Positions 63,201 to 64,000 of a stretch of 64,000 nucleotides of DNA are shown here, piece by piece. The notes below the pieces were generated by a model. It worked only from the letters and a program-made list of their open reading frames with translations. It was not told where the DNA came from and ran no database searches. This DNA comes from Azolla caroliniana (lineage: Eukaryota; Plantae; Polypodiophyta). The stretch is from assembly GCA_043228905.1 (NCBI GenBank), contig JBHGNT010000011.1:4712001-4776000 (forward strand), read 5' to 3'. Each line of letters starts with the position of its first letter. Position 1 is the first letter of the stretch. The translations under genes and the position numbers were made by a program.

Positions 63201-64000
63201 CGAGGGCAAGAAGACCGAAAACGAGTTGGAGACAGCCAACTCGGACGAGAGTGAAAACCGATCGGAGGAAGCCGAGTCGGTTCGGATGTTTGATTCAGAT
63301 ACGCTGAATCAACCAAGCCCCAAGCGGAAGAAAAGGCAGCAGGAGAAGCGTCAACACCGCAACAGCAGAAGAGCTTATAAGGGCCACATGAGCAGACAAG
63401 CCGACCAGAAGGGTCAAAGCGCGCGAAGTCGAACAGGTCGAGGAGCACGAGCGAGGCGTGAAGCCAGGAGCAACCGGAGTTGTGAGCCCGAGGATCCCGA
63501 AGAGCCTCGAGTTGAGCTTGAGGGGGAGTGTTGAGAGACAAGCTCAACATCGGCCGGATCGGCTGAAGAAGCCGAGGACCGGATCGGCGGGGACCAATCG
63601 GTTAGGCCGAGTGCGTAAACCGGGAGGTCGTTAGGAAAGATATTCCGTGAGGAATATATTTGGGAGTTAGTGTAGGAGCTCTTGATGAGCATTGAAGTAC
63701 TATCAGTACTTCGGTCAGTCCTTCTAGGACTTGTATAAAAGTGTTCAGTGAGCACGTCTTATGTACAAACTGAGTATTATTGTTGAATATAGTTCTTGTC
63801 TTCTCTCTCACTCTCTCTGTCTCTCCCGCGTATACTGCGTAAGCTGAAGCTCTCCATTGAACCTGAGTTTGCTTCCTTCTGTTCCGTCTTCATATCTGCT
63901 TCCGCACGCTACTTTCCACAGTCGGCTTCTACTTCGAATAGCGCATCTAGTCCGGAAGACGTATGGTTCGTCGATTGTGGTGCCTCAAACCATATGACAG

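Larger units (their letters stand above)
52774..63534 (+). pseudogene. copia polyprotein (segments 52774-54529, 55257-55436, 60693-63534)
   Basis: CWYCGKKGH, WYVDSGASNHM, HSDVWGP, RSDG, YKARLVAKG, YVDD, YTDADWAG, ADIFTK; extended C-terminus. Confidence 0.93.
52298..63920 (+). mobile_element. Full-length Ty1/copia with two nested gypsy insertions
   Basis: 392-bp LTRs 52298-52689 and 63529-63920; TSD GTCGG; PBS-Met 52690-52701; PPT GAGGGGGAG. Confidence 0.96.
40800..64000 (+). mobile_element. Host Ty1/copia element (continues beyond window), gag interrupted by three copia insertions
   Basis: LTR 40800-41245 and PBS-Met TGGTATCAGAGC 41246-41257. gag pieces 41403-41973, 47490-47635, 51927-52297. 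Protease WFVDCGASNHMT at about 63960-64000. Confidence 0.88.

Overview
A 64-kb stretch of nested transposable elements with no recognisable host gene. The element types suggest a moss or other bryophyte genome, which is an inference. In order, the window holds: (1) two head-to-tail APE-type LINEs sitting in (CT)n microsatellite; (2) a tRNA-Trp-primed non-chromovirus Ty3/gypsy element split by a 13.1-kb Sola2-like DDD DNA transposon, which has 26-bp TIRs, a 4-bp TSD, a spliced transposase, a convergent RING/coiled-coil accessory gene and AGTACT-rich intronic arrays; (3) rearranged Tcn1-like gypsy/copia chimeras; (4) an old Ty1/copia whose gag was hit by three further copia elements; (5) two copies (29368-37772, 55437-60687) of an unusual Ty3/gypsy family. 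In that family the polypurine tract is missing. Its place is taken by a second, inverted tRNA-Arg primer-binding site, which suggests tRNA priming of both DNA strands. Other highlights are tRNA-like Pol III A/B-box cassettes inside LTRs of two unrelated gypsy lineages and a possible VANC-like anti-silencing layout in the Sola element. Nearly all ORFs are pseudogenised. Family assignments rest on motifs recognised by eye, with no database search.
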